DNA from: Candidatus Aminicenantes bacterium
GTDB lineage: Bacteria > Acidobacteriota > Aminicenantia > UBA2199
Assembly (NCBI GenBank): GCA_016934745.1
Contig: JAFGSF010000053.1
Span: 5,325-69,324 of the forward strand
Reading direction: 5' to 3'
Length of the DNA: 64,000 nucleotides
Shown: positions 11,450 through 19,947 of the stretch, piece by piece
Position numbering within the stretch: position 1 is the stretch's first letter
How the letters are laid out: each line of letters opens with the position of its first letter
Translations under genes and position numbers: made by a program
The notes under the pieces: generated by a model
What the model was told of the DNA's origin: nothing
The model's input: the letters and a program-made list of their open reading frames with translations, nothing else
The model's database searches: none

Positions 11450-11730
11450 AAAAAAGTATTGCTTTTAGATGTCTTGAAAGACCAGATGATGGTTTCTTTG
11501 CGGGATAGCGGTGGCAGGGACTTTTTAAAGATTCGTCGCGAAAGCAGCTCACGTTCATAGGTGGTGGAGAAAATATCATCTTCGCTGTCCATGAAGCGAT
11601 CCGAATTCTCGGGAGCTGTTGTTTCTGAAAATCCCTGCTGGTTGGGATTTTTCCCGTAGGCAGGGATGTTGGCTGCCCGGGGAGAACGCAGCAATAGTAG
11701 CAGGAAAACAATGCACAAAAACCTTTTCAT
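11446..11730 (-). CDS. Small secreted protein (94 aa), hypothetical
   Basis: It has a signal-peptide-like N-terminus MKRFLCIVFLLLLLRSPRA/AN and a polar mature part ending ...SKSNTFL. Its stop overlaps the kinase start by 4 nt, implying co-translation. No family was recognised. Confidence 0.55.
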   Translation of the reverse strand: MKRFLCIVFLLLLLRSPRAANIPAYGKNPNQQGFSETTAPENSDRFMDSEDDIFSTTYERELLSRRIFKKSLPPLSRKETIIWSFKTSKSNTFL

Positions 11731-11731
11731 T

Positions 11732-11750
11732 ATATTGATTATATCAATAT
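11732..11750. promoter_or_regulatory. Perfect palindrome ATATTGAT-TAT-ATCAATAT directly upstream of the small-protein/kinase operon
   Basis: The palindrome was read directly from the sequence. It begins 2 nt upstream of the ATG at 11730 on the minus strand. It could be an operator, and it could overlap a -10-like TATAAT on the minus strand. Confidence 0.35.
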
Positions 11751-11760
11751 ATCATGACAG

Positions 11761-11777
11761 TGGCAAACCGGGTGCAT
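11761..11777 (+). promoter_or_regulatory. Sigma-54-like -24/-12 element TGGCAA-N5-GTGCA; orientation problematic
   Basis: The plus strand reads TGGCAAACCGGGTGCAT, with GG and GC spaced as in TGGCAC-N5-TTGC. That orientation points antisense into ackA. The minus-strand reading ATGCACCCGGTTTGCC would serve the kinase operon but lacks the invariant GG. Confidence 0.2.
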
Positions 11778-11826
11778 CATTAATACGATGCGTAAATCGG
11801 GAAAATACCGCGGGGCGATGCTTTGT

Positions 11827-13032
11827 TTATGAGACGTCTGCCGAGATGACTTTCATGGTTTGTTCGGCGATTTCCAGTTCTTCGTTGGTCGGGATGACCA
11901 TGACGCAAATCCTTGATGGGGGGGTCGTGATAATTCCGAATTTACCGAAAGCCTTCTCATTGGCCTGGCTGTCAAGGATGATGCCCAGATATTCCAGGTT
12001 TTCCAGGATCATTTGTCTTTCCAGGCAGCCGCGCTCACCGATGCCGGCAGTAAATATTACTAGGTCTGCGCCGTTCATGGCGGCGATGTACGCACCGATA
12101 TATTTTTTGATACGGTAGGCGAAAATCTCCAGGGCCAGTTTGGATTGGTGATGGCCTTCAGCAGCTTTTTGGTTGATGTCTCGCATGTCGGACGAAACCT
12201 CGGAAATACCTAGGATGCCGCTTTTTCGGTTCAGCATGGCGTCGACCTGCTCGAAGGTCATGCCTTCGCTGCGCTGCAGATACAAGGGAATGGCCGGGTC
12301 GATATCGCCGCAGCGCGTGCCCATGACCAATCCTTCCAATGGCGTAAATCCCATGGTCGTGTCAATGGAAATGCCGTTTTGAATGGCTGCCATGGATGAA
12401 CCGTTTCCAAGGTGGCAGGTGATGATTTTCAAGTCTTGCAGGTCCTTGCCCAAAGCCTTGGCGCCTTGTTTGGCGACATAGTAGTGCGACGTACCATGAA
12501 AGCCGTAACGGCGGATTTTTGAATCGCGATAACATGCATAGGGGATTGGATAAATATAGGCTTTTTCAGGCATGGTTTGGTGAAATGCCGTATCGAAGGT
12601 GCCGGCCATAGGAATACCGGGCAGAATTTTCTGACAAGCTTCTATGCCGGTAATGTTGGGCGGGTTATGCAGAGGGGCCAAGGGAATGCATTCTTTCAAG
12701 GCGTCCAGCACGGCGGCGGTGATCGGTACGGTGCCGTTGAATTTCTCCCCGGCATGGACGACCCGGTGGCCGACGGCGAATATTTCTTTTTTGTCGCGGA
12801 TCACCCCGGTATCCGTATCGGTAAGACATTTGACGATCAAGTTGATGCCCTCTTCATGGTTGGCAATATCTTGGGTGATGACCATTTTGTGTTCGCCACG
12901 GTAGTAGTTCAGGATCGAACCCTGAATGGCTATCCTTTCCAACAGGCCCTTGGCCAATACCAGCTGTTTGCCCATGCTGATTAATTGGAATTTGATTGAA
13001 GAACTACCGCTGTTGATTACCAGAACTTTCAT
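11827..13032 (-). CDS. ackA: Acetate kinase
   Basis: 401 aa. It has the N-terminal MKVLVINSGSSSIKFQL and the motifs GHRVVHGG-like (GHRVVHAGE), RRYGFHGTSH and IITCHLGNGSS. Confidence 0.95.
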   Translation of the reverse strand: MKVLVINSGSSSIKFQLISMGKQLVLAKGLLERIAIQGSILNYYRGEHKMVITQDIANHEEGINLIVKCLTDTDTGVIRDKKEIFAVGHRVVHAGEKFNGTVPITAAVLDALKECIPLAPLHNPPNITGIEACQKILPGIPMAGTFDTAFHQTMPEKAYIYPIPYACYRDSKIRRYGFHGTSHYYVAKQGAKALGKDLQDLKIITCHLGNGSSMAAIQNGISIDTTMGFTPLEGLVMGTRCGDIDPAIPLYLQRSEGMTFEQVDAMLNRKSGILGISEVSSDMRDINQKAAEGHHQSKLALEIFAYRIKKYIGAYIAAMNGADLVIFTAGIGERGCLERQMILENLEYLGIILDSQANEKAFGKFGIITTPPSRICVMVIPTNEELEIAEQTMKVISADVS

Positions 13033-13155
13033 TGCTTCCTCTTTTGGCGCCGAATTTGAATTTTAATTATAACGCTTTTCAGGCAAAAATCAACACTAAA
13101 AATTATATTTTTAACTTTATTTAAAGTCAGTGCCGCTTTTTTCTGAATGTAAACT

Positions 13156-15264
13156 ATGCTAAAATTACTCATGAAAAAAACCAGGATTTTCCTTTTTTTC
13201 ATTATATTTTTGTTCCTGCCTTTGTTCTGTTACGTTGGCCCTGGGGCCGGTTTCGCTTTCGTGGGTTCTTTCTTTTTTATTTTTGCGGCTTTTTTCCTGG
13301 CCATCTTTAATTTCTTGACATTCCCGCTGCGCGCCTTGCTGCGTTTACTCAAGCGAGCCAGAAATTTGAAAAAAGCCAAATTCAAGCGGGTCCTGGTCAT
13401 TGGCTTTGACGGCATGGATTTCACCTTGTTCAACCAGTTCAGGAAGCAGGGCCAGAAATTTCCCAATTTTGAAAAATTGGCCGTCGAGGGGACCTTTTCC
13501 CCGTTGTGGAGCACCGAACCACCGATTTCGCCGGTGGCCTGGTCTACGTTCACGACCGGTGTCAATCCCGGCAAGCATAATATTTTTGATTTTCTAACCA
13601 ACGACCGCAACACCTATATGCCCAAAATGGCCGGTTCTGAGATCATTCCCCCGCGCCGCAACATAAAGATTGGCCGCTGGCAGATTCCACTATCCAGTCC
13701 AAAAATTGAACTGAAAAGGAAAAGTCAAAGTTTCTGGAAGATTGTCAGTGGCAAGGGCATTTACGCATCGGTGTTGCGCATGCCTTTCACGTTTCCTCCC
13801 GAGAAATTTTACGGATCCATGCTTTCAGGTTTGGGAACACCCGACTTGCGCGGAACCCAGGGCAGTTTCAGCTTTTTTTCGGAAAGCCAAAGCGAGGCTT
13901 TCGACATCTCCGACGGCGTCCATGAAACCCTGCAACGGCTGGAAGAAAACCGCTTCAGCGGCCGGATCAAGGGCCCGGGCCATCCTTTTCTCAAGGGCAA
14001 CCCGCCCATGGAGATTTCTTTCACCCTGGTTTTGAACAGGGAAGACAAAAGTGTTGAAATTGCTGTCGGCCGGGAAAAAATCAACCTTCGACAAAATCAA
14101 CTGTCTCCCTGGATCAAACTGGAATTCAGAGCCGGGATGATCCGTGTCGCCGGCATTGCCCAGTGGGTACTAGAAGATGTGCAGCCGTTGAAGCTGTACC
14201 TTTCCCCGATCAACATCGATCCCGAAAAACCGTCCATGCCTGTTTCTCATCCCAAGATTTTTTCGGTTTACCTGGCCAAATTACTGGGTTCTTATGCTAC
14301 ATTGGGAATGGCTGAGGACACCTGGTCGCTGAATGAGCGCATTCTGTCCGAGCGAAACTTCATCGCCCAGGTTTATCGAACCCAGGAGGAGAGGGAAAAG
14401 ATTTTTTTCAACACCTTGGGAAAAATCAGGGATGGCCTTCTGGTTCAGGTCTTTGAAACAACCGATCGCATCCAGCATATGTTCTGGCGTTACTTGCCCG
14501 ATTCCGGCTCACCGGCCCCACGGCCAAGTCAAGAACCGGATGTGCGCGGGGCTATTTTGGAAAGTTACCGGCGCATGGACGATTTCCTGGGGCGGCTTTT
14601 TAAAAAAATAACCAAGAATGACTTGCTGATGATTGTTTCCGATCATGGTTTCAACGCCTTCAACCGCGGTTTTAACCTGAACAGCTGGCTGCACCGTGAA
14701 GGTTATCTGGTGCTCCAGGCTGGAAAAAAAACCAGCGCCAAGTGGTATGCGGATGTGGACTGGAGCAAGTCGCGTGCATTCGGCCAGGGGTTGAACGGGA
14801 TTTTTCTCAACCTCAAAGGCCGCGAAATCAACGGCATAGTCAATCCTGGAGCCGAGGCCGAAGCCTTGAAAAAGGAAATCAAGCAAAAACTGCTGAAAGT
14901 GGTTGATGAAAAATTGAAAAAAAACGCTATCAAAGCGGCATTCATACGTGAAGAAATTTATCGCGGTCCCTATACGGTCAACGCTCCCGACATTGTCGTG
15001 GGCTATGCCGTTGGTTATCGCGTGTCCTGGGAATCCGCGGTGAATTATGTCGGTACGGAACTGTTTTCCGATAACCTGCGCATGTGGAGCGGCGATCATG
15101 CGTTTACGCGCGACCAAGTTCCCGGCGTGTTCTTCTGTAACCACAAGATTGCTGAAAAAGACCCGGGACTGATCGATATTTCGCCGACGGTACTGGCCGC
15201 TTTCGGCATTGCCAGACCGGCTTTTATCGAAGGCCGGGATTTGAAAATAGACCAATCTACTTGA
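13156..15264 (+). CDS. Membrane-anchored alkaline-phosphatase-superfamily protein (type I phosphodiesterase / nucleotide pyrophosphatase-like)
   Basis: 702 aa with N-terminal hydrophobic helices. It has VLVIGFDGMD near the start of the catalytic domain, and later MIVSDHGF and WSGDH metal-ligand-type motifs typical of the family. Confidence 0.7.
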   Translation: MLKLLMKKTRIFLFFIIFLFLPLFCYVGPGAGFAFVGSFFFIFAAFFLAIFNFLTFPLRALLRLLKRARNLKKAKFKRVLVIGFDGMDFTLFNQFRKQGQKFPNFEKLAVEGTFSPLWSTEPPISPVAWSTFTTGVNPGKHNIFDFLTNDRNTYMPKMAGSEIIPPRRNIKIGRWQIPLSSPKIELKRKSQSFWKIVSGKGIYASVLRMPFTFPPEKFYGSMLSGLGTPDLRGTQGSFSFFSESQSEAFDISDGVHETLQRLEENRFSGRIKGPGHPFLKGNPPMEISFTLVLNREDKSVEIAVGREKINLRQNQLSPWIKLEFRAGMIRVAGIAQWVLEDVQPLKLYLSPINIDPEKPSMPVSHPKIFSVYLAKLLGSYATLGMAEDTWSLNERILSERNFIAQVYRTQEEREKIFFNTLGKIRDGLLVQVFETTDRIQHMFWRYLPDSGSPAPRPSQEPDVRGAILESYRRMDDFLGRLFKKITKNDLLMIVSDHGFNAFNRGFNLNSWLHREGYLVLQAGKKTSAKWYADVDWSKSRAFGQGLNGIFLNLKGREINGIVNPGAEAEALKKEIKQKLLKVVDEKLKKNAIKAAFIREEIYRGPYTVNAPDIVVGYAVGYRVSWESAVNYVGTELFSDNLRMWSGDHAFTRDQVPGVFFCNHKIAEKDPGLIDISPTVLAAFGIARPAFIEGRDLKIDQST

Positions 15265-15313
15265 AAAGTTGAATTTTTCTGTTTTTTAAATATATTATTG
15301 GGTGGAGCCTTAT

Positions 15314-15362
15314 AACAAATTCTGAGATTTGTTGGTTTTTTAGAACAAATTTTGAATTTGTT
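15314..15362. repeat. Two tandem palindromes/hairpins sharing the stem AACAAAT / ATTTGTT
   Basis: The first is AACAAAT-tctgag-ATTTGTT at 15314-15333, followed by GGTTTTTT. The second is AACAAATT-ttg-AATTTGTT at 15344-15362. They lie after the 13156-15264 CDS and 50-95 nt upstream of the PilZ gene. The stems are AT-rich, so each is at best a weak terminator and could instead be an operator pair. Confidence 0.45.
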
Positions 15363-15410
15363 ATCTAAGGTTCTTGTACGGCTCTGCGGGGTGAAGAAAG
15401 GTGGGATTTC

Positions 15411-15764
15411 ATGCTTAAAAAAAGAGATGAAAAACGCGTTCCTTTTCGCAAGTTGATTATCTGTAAATGCGGCGAGGAAATGCATCCGGCTTTTACCCAG
15501 GATGTTTCCCAGCACGGCATCGGCATCCAGACCATTCAGCGTCCATCTCTCTTCCGCAGGGTTCGAATCGCCTTGGCGGTCGGCAATGAATCGATATTTC
15601 TGGACGGCGAGGTACGCTGGGCGCACGAATATGCCGGACCTTTGGCCGCCAAGCCCAAGGAAATCGGAATTTTTATTGATAAACCATCGGCCGACTATCT
15701 GCGCCTGGTGGCCGATTGCAGCGATCGCAGCCAGCCCCGCCCGCAGTATTCAACGCTGAAATAA
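15411..15764 (+). CDS. Stand-alone PilZ-domain protein (putative c-di-GMP receptor)
   Basis: 117 aa. RDEKR fits RxxxR and DVSQHG fits DxSxxG, with the expected spacing. An RBS gaaaggtgg lies upstream. Confidence 0.7.
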   Translation: MLKKRDEKRVPFRKLIICKCGEEMHPAFTQDVSQHGIGIQTIQRPSLFRRVRIALAVGNESIFLDGEVRWAHEYAGPLAAKPKEIGIFIDKPSADYLRLVADCSDRSQPRPQYSTLK

Positions 15765-15787
15765 GCATTCACTTTTTATCGCGTCAA

Positions 15788-16870
15788 TTATAGGAAATAA
15801 GCCAGGATCGAGTTTAGCAAAAGGATCTTGTCGGGCGGCACGGCAAAATTTCTTCCCCTGAGAATGAGAAATCCTTCGCTCTGTAAGAAATCAGTTTGGT
15901 CGGAAAATGATCTGAAAACCGAAGCCGTGATGCCGCCGAGCAGGCGCAATCCGGTGATGATACGCCGCTGGATCGGGTCCAGTTGCCTGGTTCTTGCCAA
16001 GGGGAATTGATTTTCGTCGAGGGCGGCGGCGTACTTTTTTAGATCGGGAAAATTGCGGTACTCTTTTCCGTCCAGATACCCGGCCGCGGAAGGACCCAGA
16101 CCGATGTATGGCTGATTGCGCCAGTATTTCAGGTTGTGGTGTGAAGCTTTTCCGGGCAGGCAGTAATTGGAGACTTCGTAGTGTTGATACCCCATAGTTA
16201 AAAGGTTTTTCCTGGCTTGAAAGTAGAACTTGGCGTCACGGTCATCGCTCTGAGGGCGATGCACTCCTTCGAGGATATAGACCGAAATATGTGCTGGTTT
16301 TAGTTTTTCGATAGTGTGGAAATTCAATCCCATGCTTTTCGCTGTTTGTGTCTCCAGGCCGATGATCAGATCGATGCTGATATTGGTGAAGCCAGCCTCC
16401 CGGGCCAGTGTGATCGCCTGGACCGCCTGGGAAGCGCTATGTGTCCTTTTCAGGAATCGCAAGTCTCGTTCCTGGAATGACTGCACGCCGATGCTCAGGC
16501 GGTTTACACCAAGATCTTGGAGCGATTTTAATTGTTGTTTGCTGATATCTTCCGGGTTGGCTTCAAGGGTGAACTCGATTCCGGCTGGCAGAGTGAAGTT
16601 TTGAGCCACGCCTTCCAGAACAAGCTGCAATTGACGGGAATTCATCAGTGAAGGCGAGCCGCCACCAAGATATATTGTATCTAGCACGATGCCAAAGTCT
16701 TTGCGTAGCCTGATTTCTTTAAGCAGATATGTGATATATAGATCCACCAGATTCCGGGCATATTTTTTTTTGAAAAAATGGCAATAGAAGCAGGTTCGTC
16801 GGCAGAAGGGGAAATGGATATACAGGCCTGTTTTTTTCAAATCAGAGCCAGGCTTTTGAACTCGATCCAA
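15788..16870 (-). CDS. hemW: Radical SAM family heme chaperone / oxygen-independent coproporphyrinogen-III oxidase-like protein
   Basis: 360 aa with the CxxxCxxC cluster YIHFPFCRRTCFYCHF and a GGGSPS motif. The true start may be the TTG at 16840, which overlaps the batE-like stop as TTGA, rather than the ATG at 16870. Confidence 0.85.
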   Translation of the reverse strand: MDRVQKPGSDLKKTGLYIHFPFCRRTCFYCHFFKKKYARNLVDLYITYLLKEIRLRKDFGIVLDTIYLGGGSPSLMNSRQLQLVLEGVAQNFTLPAGIEFTLEANPEDISKQQLKSLQDLGVNRLSIGVQSFQERDLRFLKRTHSASQAVQAITLAREAGFTNISIDLIIGLETQTAKSMGLNFHTIEKLKPAHISVYILEGVHRPQSDDRDAKFYFQARKNLLTMGYQHYEVSNYCLPGKASHHNLKYWRNQPYIGLGPSAAGYLDGKEYRNFPDLKKYAAALDENQFPLARTRQLDPIQRRIITGLRLLGGITASVFRSFSDQTDFLQSEGFLILRGRNFAVPPDKILLLNSILAYFL

Positions 16871-17583
16871 CCGGCGACCTGCGGTGATGCGGAGATCTGT
16901 GCCCAGTCCCGGTTCCGATCTAGAATTTTCACTTCCAGTCCTGGATTGACGGTGAACAGTTCGGTATTGCCATCTCCCGGACCGCTGCGTAAAACTGACG
17001 CAGCGCTGACCACGGCAATGGATGTTTGCCCGAGACTTGAAACGCGGCTGGCGTGATAAGCGCCAAAGAGCAGGCTCAGGAACAGCGAAAATGCCAGGCC
17101 GTAAACGAGTTTTTTATGCCTGCCTTTTTTCAGGAGCAGAAACAGAAATATATTCAGCAGCAGAATGGCGGCCAGCAGGAGTAGGCTCAGCATATTTAAA
17201 CTCATTTTGGCTTGCAGAACCTGGATGGTTCGGGAGATGAAGTCGGGCGTCTCTGCGTCAATGGAGTCCTTGAAACTTTTGTTGACAATGGCTATGTTCC
17301 TGGCAATGGATGGATCTAGGGGCTGGTATTTGCGGGCGCGGAGATAGTAAATTTTGGCGGTCAACAACTGCTCCAGTTTGAAATAGCAGTTGCCAATATT
17401 ATAGAGCACTTTCCAATTGGTCAGCTGCCGGTTGATTTGCTCGTAGCTTTTCAATGCCTCTCTGTAGCGACCGGCTTCATAGTGGCGATTGGCGATTAAA
17501 AAATCATCTTCCCCGGCGGCGCTTTGGGTGACGGCCGGTCCCAGCAGCAAAATTAAAAACAGGACAATTATTTTATGTTTCAT
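16837..17583 (-). CDS. batE: BatE-like TPR + SH3b protein
   Basis: 248 aa with a signal peptide, TPR-like repeats (YEAGRYREALKSYEQ) and a TM segment. The C-terminal SH3b-like part reads FTVNPGLEVKILDRNRDWAQISASPQVAGWI. It is the last gene of a Bat-type cluster. Confidence 0.7.
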   Translation of the reverse strand: MKHKIIVLFLILLLGPAVTQSAAGEDDFLIANRHYEAGRYREALKSYEQINRQLTNWKVLYNIGNCYFKLEQLLTAKIYYLRARKYQPLDPSIARNIAIVNKSFKDSIDAETPDFISRTIQVLQAKMSLNMLSLLLLAAILLLNIFLFLLLKKGRHKKLVYGLAFSLFLSLLFGAYHASRVSSLGQTSIAVVSAASVLRSGPGDGNTELFTVNPGLEVKILDRNRDWAQISASPQVAGWIEFKSLALI

Positions 17584-19346
17584 TTCAATTTTTTATCGAT
17601 TTCCTTCAACAAGGATTGTAGTGCCTGCAGGTCGCGCTTCAATTCGACCTGGGTTTTTTTGAGTGGGGAAAATTTGTCCAGCTCGGCCTGTGATTTGATA
17701 AACAGGAATTTTTCAATGTAGTTAGTTGGAATCCGGCGCTGACTGAACCATTCGCTTATTTTCCGGTTGCTGAGTTCAGCGAAACCCAGGCCGCTTTTTT
17801 CCTTGCAGTAGTACTCCAGTATCGCGGCGATCTCTTCGTAACGCTGAATCCGCGTCAGGCGGCGCAGGGTCAAAACGAGAATTTGCCGGTTTTTCAGCAT
17901 CGGGCTGCCGATGATGTAGGGTTGCCAAAGGCCGATTTTTAGCAGGAAGAGGAGGTTGATGACGAAAAATAAAGCGATCGTCCAACGATACCAATGCTGG
18001 CGATAGAAATATCTGGATTGGTCGTGAATGGGGCCGCCTTTGATATAATCGATGTCCTCGCCTTTTTGGACAATGGCGCTCTGGGGCAGGGTCATGGATC
18101 TGTCCTGTTTCAGTTTTTTGCCGCTGACTTGCATGAACAGCGGCTGGCTGCGCAGACTGACCAGGCTGCGGCTTTCCGGGTTGAAATACTTGAATTCCAG
18201 GGACGGAAAGGTCACGTCACCGGCCTTGTTGAAGGCAACCGGGACCTCGACGCGTACAGTTCCTTTCAAAGCCAGGGAATTGTAGGTGTTTTCATGGGAA
18301 ATCTTGGCCGGGTATACATGGATATAATCGTCATTCTGGAATGCAGGTGGAATGATGGTTTTGCTGTTGCCGCTGCCGCTGATCTCGATTTGCAGGGTGA
18401 CGATATCGTTGCTGTCGGCCCGGGTCTGCGGGCAGCTTACCGAAAAACTGAAATGACCAACCGGCAGTCCGGCAGCCGAATCCGGAAGTTCGCTGGCCTG
18501 GACCTTGATTGGCTGGGTGGACCGGCGCACGGGTTTGCTGCCAAAGAACATCGACGCCGGATCGGCCAACTGCAGATCAAACTGCAGGGCGGGAATGGTC
18601 AGGGTTCCGCATTCGCTCGGGAACAGCGCCGCTTTGCGAATTTCGTAGACCTGGTAGATGACGCCGTTGACATTTTCGCTGCGGGCATTGATGGTTTGTG
18701 GAACGGGATACCATTCCTGCCAGAAACCGGCGAAGGATGGGCTGGAAACCATGTTCACCGCTTCAATGCGATTCCGGGTATAGAGCAGGATACGGAAAAG
18801 CAATTGCTCGTCCTTGAAGCAGTCGGTCTTGGATATTACCGCCTGCAGGCGGGCATCCACCGTTTGCGGCTGCCTGTTCCGGAAAGGCGCAGCGAAGAAA
18901 TCATCGACGCTGGCTGAGGGTTGGCTTGTCTGGGGAGCCTGACGGGGTGTGAGGGAGCCTTTGAGCACTTCCACCGTCAATGGCTGGGTCTGGTAATCTC
19001 GTCCTTCATGGCTGTAGTGTACGGATGGCAGCGTCAGCTTGCCGGTGCGCACCGGCATCAGATAATAGCTGAAGCTGGTGGAAGTACTGCTGGCGCCGTT
19101 GATGAACTGGAACTCCGTACTGCGCGATGTCTGCAGGGTCTTGAAATCTTTCCATTGGCTCAGGTCGGGCTGGACGGGGTTGGTGATGTTTTTAAAGGTC
19201 AAGGTGTATATCAGCGTGTCATCGAGACCAATCTTCTCGGCGTTGATGGTGGCCCTGACTTCAGCCTCGAGTGCGGGCATGAGCAGGGGAGCGGCCAACA
19301 ACAGGATGCAGACCGCATGGACAATCGTTTTACCAGTCTTTCTCAT
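17580..19346 (-). CDS. batD: BatD-like oxygen-tolerance family protein
   Basis: 588 aa with a signal peptide, a large beta-rich ectodomain and a C-terminal TM (WYRWTIALFFVINLLFLLKIGLW). Its size, architecture and position between the TPR proteins match BatD. Confidence 0.65.
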   Translation of the reverse strand: MRKTGKTIVHAVCILLLAAPLLMPALEAEVRATINAEKIGLDDTLIYTLTFKNITNPVQPDLSQWKDFKTLQTSRSTEFQFINGASSTSTSFSYYLMPVRTGKLTLPSVHYSHEGRDYQTQPLTVEVLKGSLTPRQAPQTSQPSASVDDFFAAPFRNRQPQTVDARLQAVISKTDCFKDEQLLFRILLYTRNRIEAVNMVSSPSFAGFWQEWYPVPQTINARSENVNGVIYQVYEIRKAALFPSECGTLTIPALQFDLQLADPASMFFGSKPVRRSTQPIKVQASELPDSAAGLPVGHFSFSVSCPQTRADSNDIVTLQIEISGSGNSKTIIPPAFQNDDYIHVYPAKISHENTYNSLALKGTVRVEVPVAFNKAGDVTFPSLEFKYFNPESRSLVSLRSQPLFMQVSGKKLKQDRSMTLPQSAIVQKGEDIDYIKGGPIHDQSRYFYRQHWYRWTIALFFVINLLFLLKIGLWQPYIIGSPMLKNRQILVLTLRRLTRIQRYEEIAAILEYYCKEKSGLGFAELSNRKISEWFSQRRIPTNYIEKFLFIKSQAELDKFSPLKKTQVELKRDLQALQSLLKEIDKKLK

Positions 19347-19947
19347 TTTTAACGACAGCTATTTTGCGTTTTTTCTTTTCCAACTGCTGTTTTTCATTCT
19401 GGTTGAGGAACTGCATCATGGCTTTGTATTTTTGCTTCTGCTGCTGCGGGTCGTTCTGAGGGTCATTTTGATCCTGGGATTGCTGTTTTTGATCCTGGTT
19501 TTGCTCGGGTTTTTGATTGTTTTCCTGAATTTTTTTCAGCGTCAGTTCGAAATTTTTCTTGCCGTCGCTGTCATCCGGATTCAGCAGCAGGCTTTTTTTG
19601 AAGTTTTCCAAAGCTTGGGGGAATTGGCCCAGGCGGAAATAGCTGTTGCCCAGGTTGTAATAAAAATCGGCCTTGCCCAGCTGCAAGCGACCGGGATCAA
19701 GCCGGGAAAATTCCTCCACGGCTTCCTTGTATTTTTTCAATTCATACAAGGCCGCGGCGGTATTGTTTTTCAATTCGGGCGCGTCGGGTTTCACGCCCTT
19801 GGCAGAAAGAAAATCCTGCAGCGCTTTCGCGAATTTGCCTTCCCGGTAAGCCTGGATCCCCTTCTGATTTTTGCGGGCGGCGGGTTCGAACCAATGCCAG
19901 CCGAGCAACAGGGGGAGCAACAAAATCAGGATTGTTTTTTTCGCCAT
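19330..19947 (-). CDS. batC: BatC-like TPR protein with a Q/N/D-rich tail
   Basis: 205 aa with an N-terminal anchor and TPR repeats (YNLGNSYFRLGQFPQALENFKKSL). The tail is low-complexity (QKPEQNQDQKQQSQDQNDPQNDPQQQKQ). Confidence 0.65.
   Translation of the reverse strand: MAKKTILILLLPLLLGWHWFEPAARKNQKGIQAYREGKFAKALQDFLSAKGVKPDAPELKNNTAAALYELKKYKEAVEEFSRLDPGRLQLGKADFYYNLGNSYFRLGQFPQALENFKKSLLLNPDDSDGKKNFELTLKKIQENNQKPEQNQDQKQQSQDQNDPQNDPQQQKQKYKAMMQFLNQNEKQQLEKKKRKIAVVKNEKDW

Noticed and set aside
19330-19560. Q/N/D-rich repeat-like DNA at the 3' end of the batC-like gene, and the K/E-rich DNA at 41000-41660, considered as tandem repeats
   Set aside because: These are low-complexity coding sequence without a fixed repeat unit, and they are explained by the biased amino-acid composition of the encoded tails.
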